DNA of 32,100 nucleotides, from positions 1 through 32,100 of the IMG/VR virus record IMGVR_UViG_3300017911_000749. One strand, given 5' to 3'. The notes under the pieces are model-generated. The model was given only the letters and a program-made list of their open reading frames with translations, did no database searches and had not been told where the DNA came from. This DNA comes from a virus (Duplodnaviria; Caudoviricetes). How positions within the stretch are numbered: position 1 is the first letter of the stretch; every line of letters starts with the position of its first letter. The translations under genes were made by a program, and so were the position numbers. Below are positions 18,262 through 25,974 of the stretch, in pieces.

Positions 18262-20157
18262 CTACCATGGTGCAGAGTTTAAGGAGCTTACATCAAAATT
18301 GCCATAGCTTGGTTGGTAATCGTATCCCATTTCTGCGATAAATTCCTTTTGTAATCTTCTTACAATCTTTATCGGAAACCAACTAGCCATAACTATATCT
18401 GACTTGTATCCTTTACTACTTGCCTTGTTAGCAGCATTTGAAAAATACAAAAGCTGCCTACGATATATATTACTCTTATTTTGTGAATCTGCACTACCAT
18501 AAGGAAGATTTACTAATCCTTTATCAAACAACTCACTCATAGAACCTACACCGAAGTATGGGTCAAATTTATTTTTTTGTGTTTGATGTCCTTCTAGGTG
18601 AATACCTTTAGAAGATGTCCACTCTTTTAGTTCTCTATCTTGTCTAATAGCACGTTGAAAACCATTCTCTTCAATAATCCAATGAGATAAACCATACTTT
18701 GCATACCATTCTTTTATTGTTTTAAATGCTTGTGGTATGCCGCCACCTTTAGTATTTTCTAAATCTACCATGTACAATTTACCTTCACTTACATGATATG
18801 CCCATAGGAAAGCTGCCTGGTATCCAGTAGCTGCTGGGTCTAATCCAGCAATAAGTCTTGTACCAGCTGGTATGTGTCCTACATTCCTAGATTCATCTCT
18901 AGCTGCATCTAAGGATTCTACCTTAAACATCTGTAATCCTTCAGAGAACGGTCTATTCAAATACACCATCTCAAAGATTGCTAAACCACCAGTTGTTTGT
19001 GCATTCCTTCTTTGTGCCATAAGCCACTTGTAACTTCTTTTGCTAGCCCATAACATATGTTTTTTATGGTCCTTCTCTGAACCAGAATCTATTGGTATCT
19101 CTAAATCATGTGCGGATTCTATAATCTTGTCCCACTCATCGTTATCAATTAAGGAATTATACAAATCATCGGGATGCTGCCGTGAACCTATAACAACAAT
19201 AGCTGTGTGTTCCTCTTTACGAGATGATAATGTTGTTGTCCACCATCTCTTAGTTTGTTCACGTGAACTAGGTTGTATTGTTGTACCGTGGTCCTCAATA
19301 TCGTCTGCAATAATCAAATCACAGTCACGAGATAGAATCTTACCACCTTTACCTACAGCTACCATAGTTGGTGATTTAATACCAGTTACTGTTCTTGTCT
19401 TAACTGTAAACTGTCCAGAACTCCAGGTCTTACCAGTTCTGCTTCTAGGTTTAAAAGTTTCTCCTGGTCCACAAAAATCTTCTATTAACTTATCGTTATT
19501 TTCTAAGTGGTCCAGAACCGCACCTACTGCATTCTTTGCAATATCTTCATTACCACCTACCCACATAATCCTTACATTAGGATTTTTACAAATCTGATAT
19601 ACAGCAAAGTGTGTAAGTAAATCTGTCTTACCATGTCGTGGTGGACTAAGTATCATTAACTGTGAACCGTTTTTAATTGATTTTAAAATATTTTTAATCC
19701 AGTTCTTGTGAAACTTAGCTGTCTCATAAGGTTTGCCAGTTTCTGTAACAAAGTATCTATCTCTAAATTTTTCAAAAGATTCTAATGATTTCTTTGCTTC
19801 TTCTGGAATATTCCAGTTCTCTCTAGCTTCTGCAGTAGCTTTATCTTCTTTATATGCAAGTAACATTCTTGCTACTACACTCTGGTCAACACCAATATCT
19901 TCTGCTACAAACTTCTGTGTAAACTGTCCTTCTACTAATTCTGCTGCATAGTTCTCTACGAAATATAAATAATGTTCTCCACGATTAGCACGTGCATTAG
20001 GTGATGTAGATAACTTTTTTTGTTCTTTTACTTCTGCAGCTTTTGACCTAGCATTCGCTGCTTTAGTACATTGCAACTTACAATATTTTTGACGTCCATG
20101 AGTTTGTTTAAATTTATCTCCACAATGCGGACACGATATTGTTTTTAAATTAGGCAT
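18262..20157 (-). CDS. terL: Terminase large subunit with N-terminal Zn-finger and HTH extension
   Basis: Walker A PPRHGKT, Walker B LIIADD, coupling motif VIGSR, RNase H-like nuclease AGLDPA, IIEENGFQ, SDIVMA. Confidence 0.93.
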   Translation of the reverse strand: MPNLKTISCPHCGDKFKQTHGRQKYCKLQCTKAANARSKAAEVKEQKKLSTSPNARANRGEHYLYFVENYAAELVEGQFTQKFVAEDIGVDQSVVARMLLAYKEDKATAEARENWNIPEEAKKSLESFEKFRDRYFVTETGKPYETAKFHKNWIKNILKSIKNGSQLMILSPPRHGKTDLLTHFAVYQICKNPNVRIMWVGGNEDIAKNAVGAVLDHLENNDKLIEDFCGPGETFKPRSRTGKTWSSGQFTVKTRTVTGIKSPTMVAVGKGGKILSRDCDLIIADDIEDHGTTIQPSSREQTKRWWTTTLSSRKEEHTAIVVIGSRQHPDDLYNSLIDNDEWDKIIESAHDLEIPIDSGSEKDHKKHMLWASKRSYKWLMAQRRNAQTTGGLAIFEMVYLNRPFSEGLQMFKVESLDAARDESRNVGHIPAGTRLIAGLDPAATGYQAAFLWAYHVSEGKLYMVDLENTKGGGIPQAFKTIKEWYAKYGLSHWIIEENGFQRAIRQDRELKEWTSSKGIHLEGHQTQKNKFDPYFGVGSMSELFDKGLVNLPYGSADSQNKSNIYRRQLLYFSNAANKASSKGYKSDIVMASWFPIKIVRRLQKEFIAEMGYDYQPSYGNFDVSSLNSAPW

Positions 20158-20162
20158 GCACG

Positions 20163-20345
20163 TTATTTATTCTTATCAGAAACTCTAGATTTTTGAACTT
20201 TTTTTATATCTACTTTTTTGCCTTCTTTATATTTTTTAGCAGTAGCTAATATCTCTAAAGCTCTTTTCTTTGCTGCTGCATCTGATAAACCTTCTAAGTA
20301 TTTAGCTGGTACACCATATCGATATGGTTGTGTTCTTTTAGCCAT
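20163..20345 (-). CDS. Small basic protein (60 aa, PAKYLEGLS motif)
   Basis: Very Lys-rich; coupled to upstream gene. Confidence 0.7.
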   Translation of the reverse strand: MAKRTQPYRYGVPAKYLEGLSDAAAKKRALEILATAKKYKEGKKVDIKKVQKSRVSDKNK

Positions 20346-20581
20346 TATTTTTTCTTACTACCTTTACGTAAATCTGTATCGTGTTTTTTAGAACCACCAA
20401 TGTAACTGTTTACTCTACCCATAGCCCATTGGTGCATACTTACTCCAGGTCTTGACCCAGAACTCATATAAGCTCCCATACCTCTACGATAAACAGTTTT
20501 TAAAGTACTTAGTGATATACCACTAGACTTTGATTTTTTCTGTAATGCTGATAATGCGTTAGCTGGTATTTTAGCTGCCAT
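20345..20581 (-). CDS. Small basic protein, DUF5824-like (78 aa)
   Basis: SGISLSTLKTVYRRGMGAY.SSGSRPG...QWAMGRVNSY motif recognised from memory. Confidence 0.65.
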   Translation of the reverse strand: MAAKIPANALSALQKKSKSSGISLSTLKTVYRRGMGAYMSSGSRPGVSMHQWAMGRVNSYIGGSKKHDTDLRKGSKKK

Positions 20582-20584
20582 TAG

Positions 20585-20842
20585 TTACCACATCTTGCAA
20601 GACCAATATCTTGCACTTGTCTTATCTTTAGCTGTAGAACATTTATGCCTGGCACGGAACGAAGCTCTAGCTTTTGGATTATCTTTACGAATCTCCATAT
20701 TTGGGTCTCCGAACATAATCTTTTTAACTTTCCCATTAGACATAACAAACACTTTAAATTTCTTTCTACCATGTCCTGGTTCACCTTTTTGTATTCTAGA
20801 AGGACTGTTTAACTTGACCTTCATTCCACGCCATTCAGCCAT
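20585..20842 (-). CDS. Small basic phage protein (85 aa, FGDPNM...FRARHKC...ARYWSC motif)
   Basis: Motif recalled from aquatic phage hypothetical proteins; coupled to upstream ORF. Confidence 0.75.
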   Translation of the reverse strand: MAEWRGMKVKLNSPSRIQKGEPGHGRKKFKVFVMSNGKVKKIMFGDPNMEIRKDNPKARASFRARHKCSTAKDKTSARYWSCKMW

Positions 20843-20907
20843 TACCTTTTGGTCCTGACTTTGTTACGTTTCATACCTTTTTTTGGCTTATAATGTTTAC
20901 CTGGCAT
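20842..20907 (-). CDS. Tiny Lys/Arg-rich peptide (21 aa)
   Basis: MPGKHYKPKKGMKRNKVRTKR; AGGAGA RBS; TAATG coupling to next gene. Confidence 0.65.
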   Translation of the reverse strand: MPGKHYKPKKGMKRNKVRTKR

Positions 20908-20928
20908 TTGTTCTCCTATACTTTAATT

Positions 20929-21135
20929 ATGGCAGAATACATATCGGGTAACAAGTACCCGAACTTCAAAAAGAATACACAGTATCAGAAAAACCGAATC
21001 TGCGTGCATTCTGCTTGTACTACCATCTTATCTCAATATAACAAATATAAATACTGTCATAAACATAAACCTAGAACTTTTCCAAGAATCAAAGGTAGAA
21101 ACATAGATGAGACTAAACAAGAGCCTTTAGAATAA
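20929..21135 (+). CDS. Small Zn-finger protein (68 aa; C-x4-C...C-x2-H)
   Basis: RICVHSACTTILSQYNKYKYCHKH; ATG 20929 lies 6 nt after TATACT (leaderless). Confidence 0.65.
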   Translation: MAEYISGNKYPNFKKNTQYQKNRICVHSACTTILSQYNKYKYCHKHKPRTFPRIKGRNIDETKQEPLE

Positions 21136-21331
21136 ACAAAAGGACCTAGTCTTTCCTCCAGGTCCTTAAGTCGTACAGTCTGTCCATTTACTGTGTTATG
21201 AAAGAATACGAATCAAAAGTCAACCTTATTCATCTATAACAATCCTAGAACTGTCTCGTGATGTTAAGCTATCTTTCTTTTCATATCTTTGCCTATATCC
21301 CCATACAGGCAACCTTAGACTTTCTAAGGTG
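21132..21331 (-). ncRNA. Candidate ~190-200-nt structured RNA / late-operon attenuator leader
   Basis: Minus TATAAT at 21337-21342; consecutive hairpins; ends in terminator 21140-21167. Confidence 0.55.
21140..21167 (-). terminator. Intrinsic terminator
   Basis: AAGGACCT/AGGTCCTT stem followed on the minus strand by TTGTTTATT. Confidence 0.7.
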
Positions 21332-21379
21332 TAATTATTATATATAATCTAGCGAGCAAAGCGAGCTAAAAAAAATTTT

Positions 21380-21532
21380 TTATTCGCTATTGTTAATCCC
21401 GTGATTAAGTATCTCCCAGACTTGTGTTAGCAAGTCATGCATCTCGTCATGTAATTTTTGGTTAGTAACATGATTGTTAATATCAAACATGACACCCTCC
21501 AAATCTTTTAGTATTTCTTTATATCTTTTCAT
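21380..21532 (-). CDS. Small hypothetical protein (50 aa)
   Basis: MKRYKEILKDLEGVMFDINNHVTNQKLHDEMHDLLTQVWEILNHGINNSE; AAGGT close upstream. Confidence 0.5.
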   Translation of the reverse strand: MKRYKEILKDLEGVMFDINNHVTNQKLHDEMHDLLTQVWEILNHGINNSE

Positions 21533-21646
21533 ACCTTATCTATAGAACAAGAGTTTTTTATATTTCAATAAATTGTAATTGAATATCCTTTATGATAAAG
21601 TTAACGAACTACAAACAACCAGGAGCAAGTAGCAAGATACAGGTAA

Positions 21647-21775
21647 AGCGGACATCGGGAGTACAAAAGTCTCACCTTACAGCCAGTAAGACCAACTAGA
21701 CAGACAAGTGAGATACCCAAGGTCTTGTAAAACATCCTAGTTTATAAAAAAAAATAACTAACACACTAGCCCGCT
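21647..21775. ncRNA. Candidate multi-stem structured element (strand uncertain)
   Basis: Nested stems AGCGGAC/GCCCGCT, TACAA/TTGTA, TCTCAC/GTGAGA, CTTAC/GTAAG, TAGTT/AACTA in a gap without a convincing ORF. Confidence 0.45.
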
Positions 21776-21813
21776 ATATTCAGAATGACCCAGGATAGAA
21801 TTTATTATTAATA

Positions 21814-21933
21814 ATGAATTGTAAAGAATGTAAAAGAAAATTAAAACAAGTAAGTGATGTACGAGTGATGTGTGATTCATCACCTAACATATGTACATTA
21901 TCTACAAAAGTTTTTAACAAACACAATATATAG
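21814..21933 (+). CDS. Possible small Zn-ribbon protein (39 aa)
   Basis: MNCKECKRKLKQVSDVRVMCDSSPNICTLS...; four Cys; no clear RBS. Confidence 0.45.
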   Translation: MNCKECKRKLKQVSDVRVMCDSSPNICTLSTKVFNKHNI

Positions 21934-22226
21934 TAGGTTTTTTTTAATCCACTTTATATAGTATTAAATTGGCAATAACTAAATCTAGTGTTACGAATAC
22001 GAATACCCACCCCTCAAATTTACATTCCCATTCATTGTCCTATAATACGTATTATGTTGCGTTGACGTGTCAATAAATATAGGCTTTTAAAAATATAATT
22101 CAATGTTTATAGGCTTTGTAAATAGGTGTAAAAAACTACCCCATATTTTTTTTATTTTGGGGATGGCATGGGTTAGATTGAGAAGGATTGTTAGATAATT
22201 CCTTCTAAAAAAAAATAAAATAATCT

Positions 22227-22256
22227 TGTAACCTTTTGTGACATGTGAAGCTCTAA
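22227..22256 (+). promoter_or_regulatory. ECF-type promoter motif copy 2 (leaderless)
   Basis: TGTAACC-N17-CTCTAA, 5 nt before ATG 22262. Confidence 0.65.
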
Positions 22257-22261
22257 GTAGC

Positions 22262-22861
22262 ATGAAAACAAAAACACAAAACACAATTACATTCTTGATT
22301 GGCGCTAGCGGTAGCGGTAAGTCAAGGCATGCAAGGAAACTTGCAAAAGATACAAATGCATTCATTATTGATGCTGATGAGATTAAATTAGCTCTTAATA
22401 AGAATATGCCAGTTGATTCAGATACTAATGCGGCTTTGCATCCAGCGGCTTCAGAATTATCTCAACAGCTGTTATTTAATTACATTTATAATCCAGATGC
22501 ATTCTTAGCTCGATACAACAAAGATACAGTTATTTTTGATAATCGTGGTAAAAATTGGGATAAGGTCCAGATGCGCATAGATGCCGCATTACAAGCTGGC
22601 TTTAAGGTCCGCTTCGTTTATGTAGAAAATAATCTTGCATCTTGCTTGCTCAATGTACATAGACGCAACCGTACTAGCGCTCGTAAAATGTTTTTATCCG
22701 TATGCGCTAAAGACTTCGGTGGTACTGTGTACACTTCAGAAAAACTCAAAGAATATGCGAAGGCTGGCTTGATTGAGTTAGACATTGTTGAAGGCTTCAA
22801 GTCAGTCAAAAATAGATTCTTAATAAATCTTTGTAACCTAATTGTAAAAGTAATAGTCTAA
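22262..22861 (+). CDS. Zeta-toxin-like / AAA_33 P-loop kinase
   Basis: Walker A GASGSGKS, IDADEIK, VIFDN, AGFKVRFVYV, NVHRRNRTSARKM lid. ATG 22262 preferred to GTG 22238. Confidence 0.75.
   Translation: MKTKTQNTITFLIGASGSGKSRHARKLAKDTNAFIIDADEIKLALNKNMPVDSDTNAALHPAASELSQQLLFNYIYNPDAFLARYNKDTVIFDNRGKNWDKVQMRIDAALQAGFKVRFVYVENNLASCLLNVHRRNRTSARKMFLSVCAKDFGGTVYTSEKLKEYAKAGLIELDIVEGFKSVKNRFLINLCNLIVKVIV
22832..22861 (+). promoter_or_regulatory. ECF-type promoter motif copy 3
   Basis: TGTAACC-N17-GTCTAA; the TAA is also the kinase stop codon. Confidence 0.7.
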
Positions 22862-22885
22862 ATAATAAAGGAAGGTAAAGACATA

Positions 22886-23101
22886 ATGAAAACATATAAA
22901 GAAATAATCAAAGACTGGAATAACAAATTCGATACAGTACGAATTGAATCTGGTGAATGGGTAAACGGTGAAGCAGCATTCAGAATGTACATTGAAGAAG
23001 GTCACACTGTTTATTACTCACTAAGTCACACACTAAAAGACTTCGTCAGCGGTAAGGAAATCTATCAATATTGTTTTGATAATTTTCTTCCAACCGTGTA
23101 A
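22886..23101 (+). CDS. Hypothetical protein (71 aa)
   Basis: ORF track; AAAGGAAGGT RBS. Confidence 0.75.
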   Translation: MKTYKEIIKDWNNKFDTVRIESGEWVNGEAAFRMYIEEGHTVYYSLSHTLKDFVSGKEIYQYCFDNFLPTV

Positions 23102-23126
23102 CCATTTAGTAAAAGTAGTAGTCAAA
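23097..23126 (+). promoter_or_regulatory. ECF-type promoter motif copy 4
   Basis: TGTAACC-N17-GTCAAA. Confidence 0.65.
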
Positions 23127-23145
23127 GATAAGGAAGGAAGGAAAA

Positions 23146-23643
23146 ATGGGTCAAGGTAATTGTTATCCAGCGGCATGGAATGCCATTAACTTTGTAAAAA
23201 AATCTGATGATTGGGTAGTGGTCCATGCGCTTAGAGATATCTTCAAAGGTGGTAATCACTTCGGTGGTCATGCATTCTTGTTAAATAAAAAAACAGATAC
23301 TGTTTACGATGACTCAATCAGCGCCAAATATATTGATGGTTCTGTTGACGGTGTTGTTGATGGTATGCCACTCAAAGAGTATGCAGAAAAAACTTATCTA
23401 TTAACTGAAGGTAAGTATGTCTGGAAAGAATACTCAATGAAAGAGCTTAACATTATTACTTTTATGCATGGATATCACAGTCCTTTTGACTTAGCCAAAG
23501 AGCGATGGGATTTATCACCAGAAGAATTTGAATCTAAGTTTCCTGGATTCAAAGACATTGCAGATTATATGAAAAATTATTTTCAGCCAACATTCGAGCC
23601 GCATTGGGTCGAGTTACAGAAGATGGCAGAGGAGGTGGAATGA
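23146..23643 (+). CDS. Protein with papain/transglutaminase-like Cys-His-Asp triad (165 aa)
   Basis: GNCYPAA, GHAFLL, VYD in the canonical order; AGGAAGG RBS. Confidence 0.55.
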   Translation: MGQGNCYPAAWNAINFVKKSDDWVVVHALRDIFKGGNHFGGHAFLLNKKTDTVYDDSISAKYIDGSVDGVVDGMPLKEYAEKTYLLTEGKYVWKEYSMKELNIITFMHGYHSPFDLAKERWDLSPEEFESKFPGFKDIADYMKNYFQPTFEPHWVELQKMAEEVE

Positions 23644-23762
23644 AAGTAAAAGAGTTGAAGGCAGCTGTAGAAGTCTTTGATGAATTTAAAGATGATGAGT
23701 TTGTCAAAGAGATGTGGTCTTACAATGAGTATTTATTTTATGTAACCTTATTCATTAGTTGA
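23640..23762 (+). CDS. Small hypothetical protein (40 aa)
   Basis: ATGA overlap; GGAGG RBS; MKVKELKAAVEVFDEF... Confidence 0.55.
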   Translation: MKVKELKAAVEVFDEFKDDEFVKEMWSYNEYLFYVTLFIS

Positions 23763-23769
23763 AGTCTAA
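23741..23769 (+). promoter_or_regulatory. ECF-type promoter motif copy 5
   Basis: TGTAACC-N16-GTCTAA. Confidence 0.7.
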
Positions 23770-23787
23770 GTAAAGGAAGGAGAAATT

Positions 23788-23934
23788 ATGAAGGAAGCAC
23801 AAGAGTTCTATGAGGCTTTAAAGATAGTAGTTAATTTAGATATGCATTCTTTAGATGAGTTTTCATACGACACATTTATGGAGTTAGAGACTGTATTACA
23901 TAAATACAAAACAGCACTGGAGGAAGAAGAATGA
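23788..23934 (+). CDS. Small acidic hypothetical protein (48 aa)
   Basis: AAAGGAAGGAG RBS; MKEAQEFYEALKIVVNL... Confidence 0.65.
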   Translation: MKEAQEFYEALKIVVNLDMHSLDEFSYDTFMELETVLHKYKTALEEEE

Positions 23935-24098
23935 AATCAATCTATAGAGTTGTGTTCTGGAATGATGATGGAGATATCAAAGTTACAGCACCAACAACTT
24001 TTGATGATGCATATAACACAGCAGAAAAATGGGATGGTGTTATCTACAGATTAGATAAAACACAACCACCAAAAACACGAGCAGAGGAGAAAAGATAA
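23931..24098 (+). CDS. Small hypothetical protein (55 aa)
   Basis: ATGA overlap; GGAGG RBS; MKSIYRVVFWNDDGDIKV... Confidence 0.65.
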   Translation: MKSIYRVVFWNDDGDIKVTAPTTFDDAYNTAEKWDGVIYRLDKTQPPKTRAEEKR

Positions 24099-24487
24099 TG
24101 TACACAAAAAAAACTGACTATCGCTGGTCAAGTACTGATAACGATGAAGAAGTATTAGAGCGTGGTGTTGATTACCATTATAAAATCTGGAATCAATCAT
24201 GTGCTAAGGATATATCAGTTCCATTTAGAATGAATGCAGCTTATGACTGGCATCCACCTTTAGATGTAGAAGAACAATTTGGTAGAACATACTGGACATT
24301 CTTTACCAGCCAATCTGGTGCGATTGCTTACGGTTCTTCAGATGTGCTGCACACAATTGACGCATTCATTAAAGTGCTAGAAGATATGAAGGCTACAGTC
24401 AAAGCTAATCCAGAACCAGAGTTTGAGTATGGTAAGTATCGTGAAAAAAAAGATGTAACCAATTCAGAAGAGATGGTGTCTAATTAA
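24098..24487 (+). CDS. Hypothetical protein (129 aa)
   Basis: ORF track; GAGGAG RBS; TAATG coupling. Confidence 0.75.
   Translation: MYTKKTDYRWSSTDNDEEVLERGVDYHYKIWNQSCAKDISVPFRMNAAYDWHPPLDVEEQFGRTYWTFFTSQSGAIAYGSSDVLHTIDAFIKVLEDMKATVKANPEPEFEYGKYREKKDVTNSEEMVSN
24454..24483 (+). promoter_or_regulatory. ECF-type promoter motif copy 6
   Basis: TGTAACC-N17-GTCTAA inside the 3' end of the upstream CDS. Confidence 0.7.
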
Positions 24488-24510
24488 CGTGAAACAAAAG
24501 GAAGGAAAAC

Positions 24511-24702
24511 ATGTTGGACTATGAGTTCTTCAAAGCAATCAGTGGATTGACTGATGAAGATTTAGAACTAACTAAAGACAGTGTGCTTAACTGCAATAAC
24601 TGTTTTGCTTTGATACCAGGTGAGATACTACAAGACGCAGGTAATGCGTTCTTCTTGAGTGATTACACTTGCGAAAAATGCCAGGAGCCATTGGGTTTAT
24701 GA
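24511..24702 (+). CDS. Small Zn-binding protein (63 aa; CNNC...CEKC)
   Basis: Two CxxC pairs; AAAGGAAGG RBS. Confidence 0.7.
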   Translation: MLDYEFFKAISGLTDEDLELTKDSVLNCNNCFALIPGEILQDAGNAFFLSDYTCEKCQEPLGL

Positions 24703-25055
24703 AGCAGGTAGCAACACTCTATGCAGTCAAGCCAGTCTTAGGTCCAAAGAAAGTCCAGTTCCTAAAAGAGCTGGGCTTTACTAAGGAAGCAGGTCAATGG
24801 ATGCTGCAAGGTAGCAAGCAAGAAATCCAGGAGCTTTGGGATGAGATAGATGTTTACAAAGATATCTATGGTAAGTGGGTAACCAAAGAGTTTCCAAAGA
24901 AGAACGGTTATCAAGATGCTTATTACAACAATAAGTATCCATTTAAGAATCACTACTGGAATAAATACAAGGTAGATTTTAGATTCTTCAATGACATTGA
25001 GATTGACTTTTACATGGAAGTCAAAGAAGTAGAAGAGGTATTAGCAGCAGCATGA
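24699..25055 (+). CDS. Hypothetical protein (118 aa)
   Basis: ATG 24699 (ATGA overlap) preferred to TTG 24669. Confidence 0.7.
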   Translation: MKQVATLYAVKPVLGPKKVQFLKELGFTKEAGQWMLQGSKQEIQELWDEIDVYKDIYGKWVTKEFPKKNGYQDAYYNNKYPFKNHYWNKYKVDFRFFNDIEIDFYMEVKEVEEVLAAA

Positions 25056-25240
25056 TATCAAATAAGTACGGACACACAAAGCTACATGACATGGTGCAAA
25101 CCCACTTCATGCAGCTGCGTACCAGGATAATGAATAAAGGCTTAGACATACACAAGTATAGAGAGTTCCAGGAACTCAAGAGAATCTATAAATGTTTTCT
25201 TGAATGTGACTGTAACTTTATTCACGATGTGGAAGTCTAA
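25052..25240 (+). CDS. Hypothetical protein (62 aa)
   Basis: ATGA overlap; ORF track. Confidence 0.6.
   Translation: MISNKYGHTKLHDMVQTHFMQLRTRIMNKGLDIHKYREFQELKRIYKCFLECDCNFIHDVEV
25211..25240 (+). promoter_or_regulatory. ECF-type promoter motif copy 7
   Basis: TGTAACT-N17-GTCTAA; TAA doubles as stop codon. Confidence 0.65.
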
Positions 25241-25268
25241 GTAATGTACACAATAAAAGGAGAGCATA

Positions 25269-25568
25269 ATGCCTAAAAGCATAGCAATACAAATAAAAGT
25301 AGTAGAAGAAAAATTAACTGAGCTGTACAAGTGGAGTGAAAACTTTCAGCCAGGTAGAAATCCTTTTGCTTTGTTCTTAGATATCATCGGTTATAGCGAT
25401 GAGATACTAGGTACAAATCTTATAGAAGAACCATCTAAGGTTCACGAGTTTATGGGTTTCACAGAGTACGTCATGTTAGGTGATGCACTTAAAGTATTTA
25501 ATAACAATGGATACTTGCAAGTGTATGAAGCATGCATGAACTTACTTAAATCAGAGGAGCAAGAATAG
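25269..25568 (+). CDS. Hypothetical protein (99 aa)
   Basis: ORF track; AAGGAG RBS. Confidence 0.75.
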   Translation: MPKSIAIQIKVVEEKLTELYKWSENFQPGRNPFALFLDIIGYSDEILGTNLIEEPSKVHEFMGFTEYVMLGDALKVFNNNGYLQVYEACMNLLKSEEQE

Positions 25569-25834
25569 AGTTTGCTTCTTGTGTTCGGTCTGGTTTCTGC
25601 TGCAAGCAGAGACCATGTCCGTTCGGTAAACCAACAAGCGAAGATAACTTAGCTTGTATTTATCTTGGTGGTGATGCACCAGGTAACTATTACTGCGAGA
25701 AGTATGACGAGATACAAGCTGGCATGCCAGATAACATGGCTGACTTCAGTCCAGCATTCGGTGGTGGTTGTTCTTCTCCGATGTTTAACCCCGACAGGGA
25801 TAAAGTATTATTAGAAATTAAAAGAAGGAGGTGA
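25565..25834 (+). CDS. Cys-cluster (YkgJ/CxxCxxCC-like) protein, 89 aa, apparent ATA start
   Basis: (M)EFASCVRSGFCCKQRPCPF...CIYL...YYCEKYDEI...FGGGCSS; GAGGAG 5 nt before ATA; in-frame stop at 25547 excludes an upstream ATG. Confidence 0.6.
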   Translation: MEFASCVRSGFCCKQRPCPFGKPTSEDNLACIYLGGDAPGNYYCEKYDEIQAGMPDNMADFSPAFGGGCSSPMFNPDRDKVLLEIKRRR

Positions 25835-25839
25835 TACTG

Positions 25840-25974
25840 ATGTGTAGTTTACAGGACTATTTGATGACCAGCATGGTTGCATTCATACTAGGACTGACTG
25901 CTGTCTCTGCATACTTCCATGCCTTGTCATGGTACGGATACAGAAAAGCAAAAAAACAATCCCGTAACTTATAG
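25840..25974 (+). CDS. Small single-TM membrane protein (44 aa)
   Basis: AAGGAGGTGAT RBS; hydrophobic core then basic tail. Confidence 0.65.
   Translation: MCSLQDYLMTSMVAFILGLTAVSAYFHALSWYGYRKAKKQSRNL

Noticed and set aside
21132-21795. tRNA or known ribozyme in the structured gaps
   Set aside because: No cloverleaf with T-loop GTTCRA and no hammerhead core recognised by eye; an Rfam search is still needed.
22238-22261. GTG start for the kinase
   Set aside because: Lies inside the promoter spacer; ATG 22262 fits leaderless initiation.
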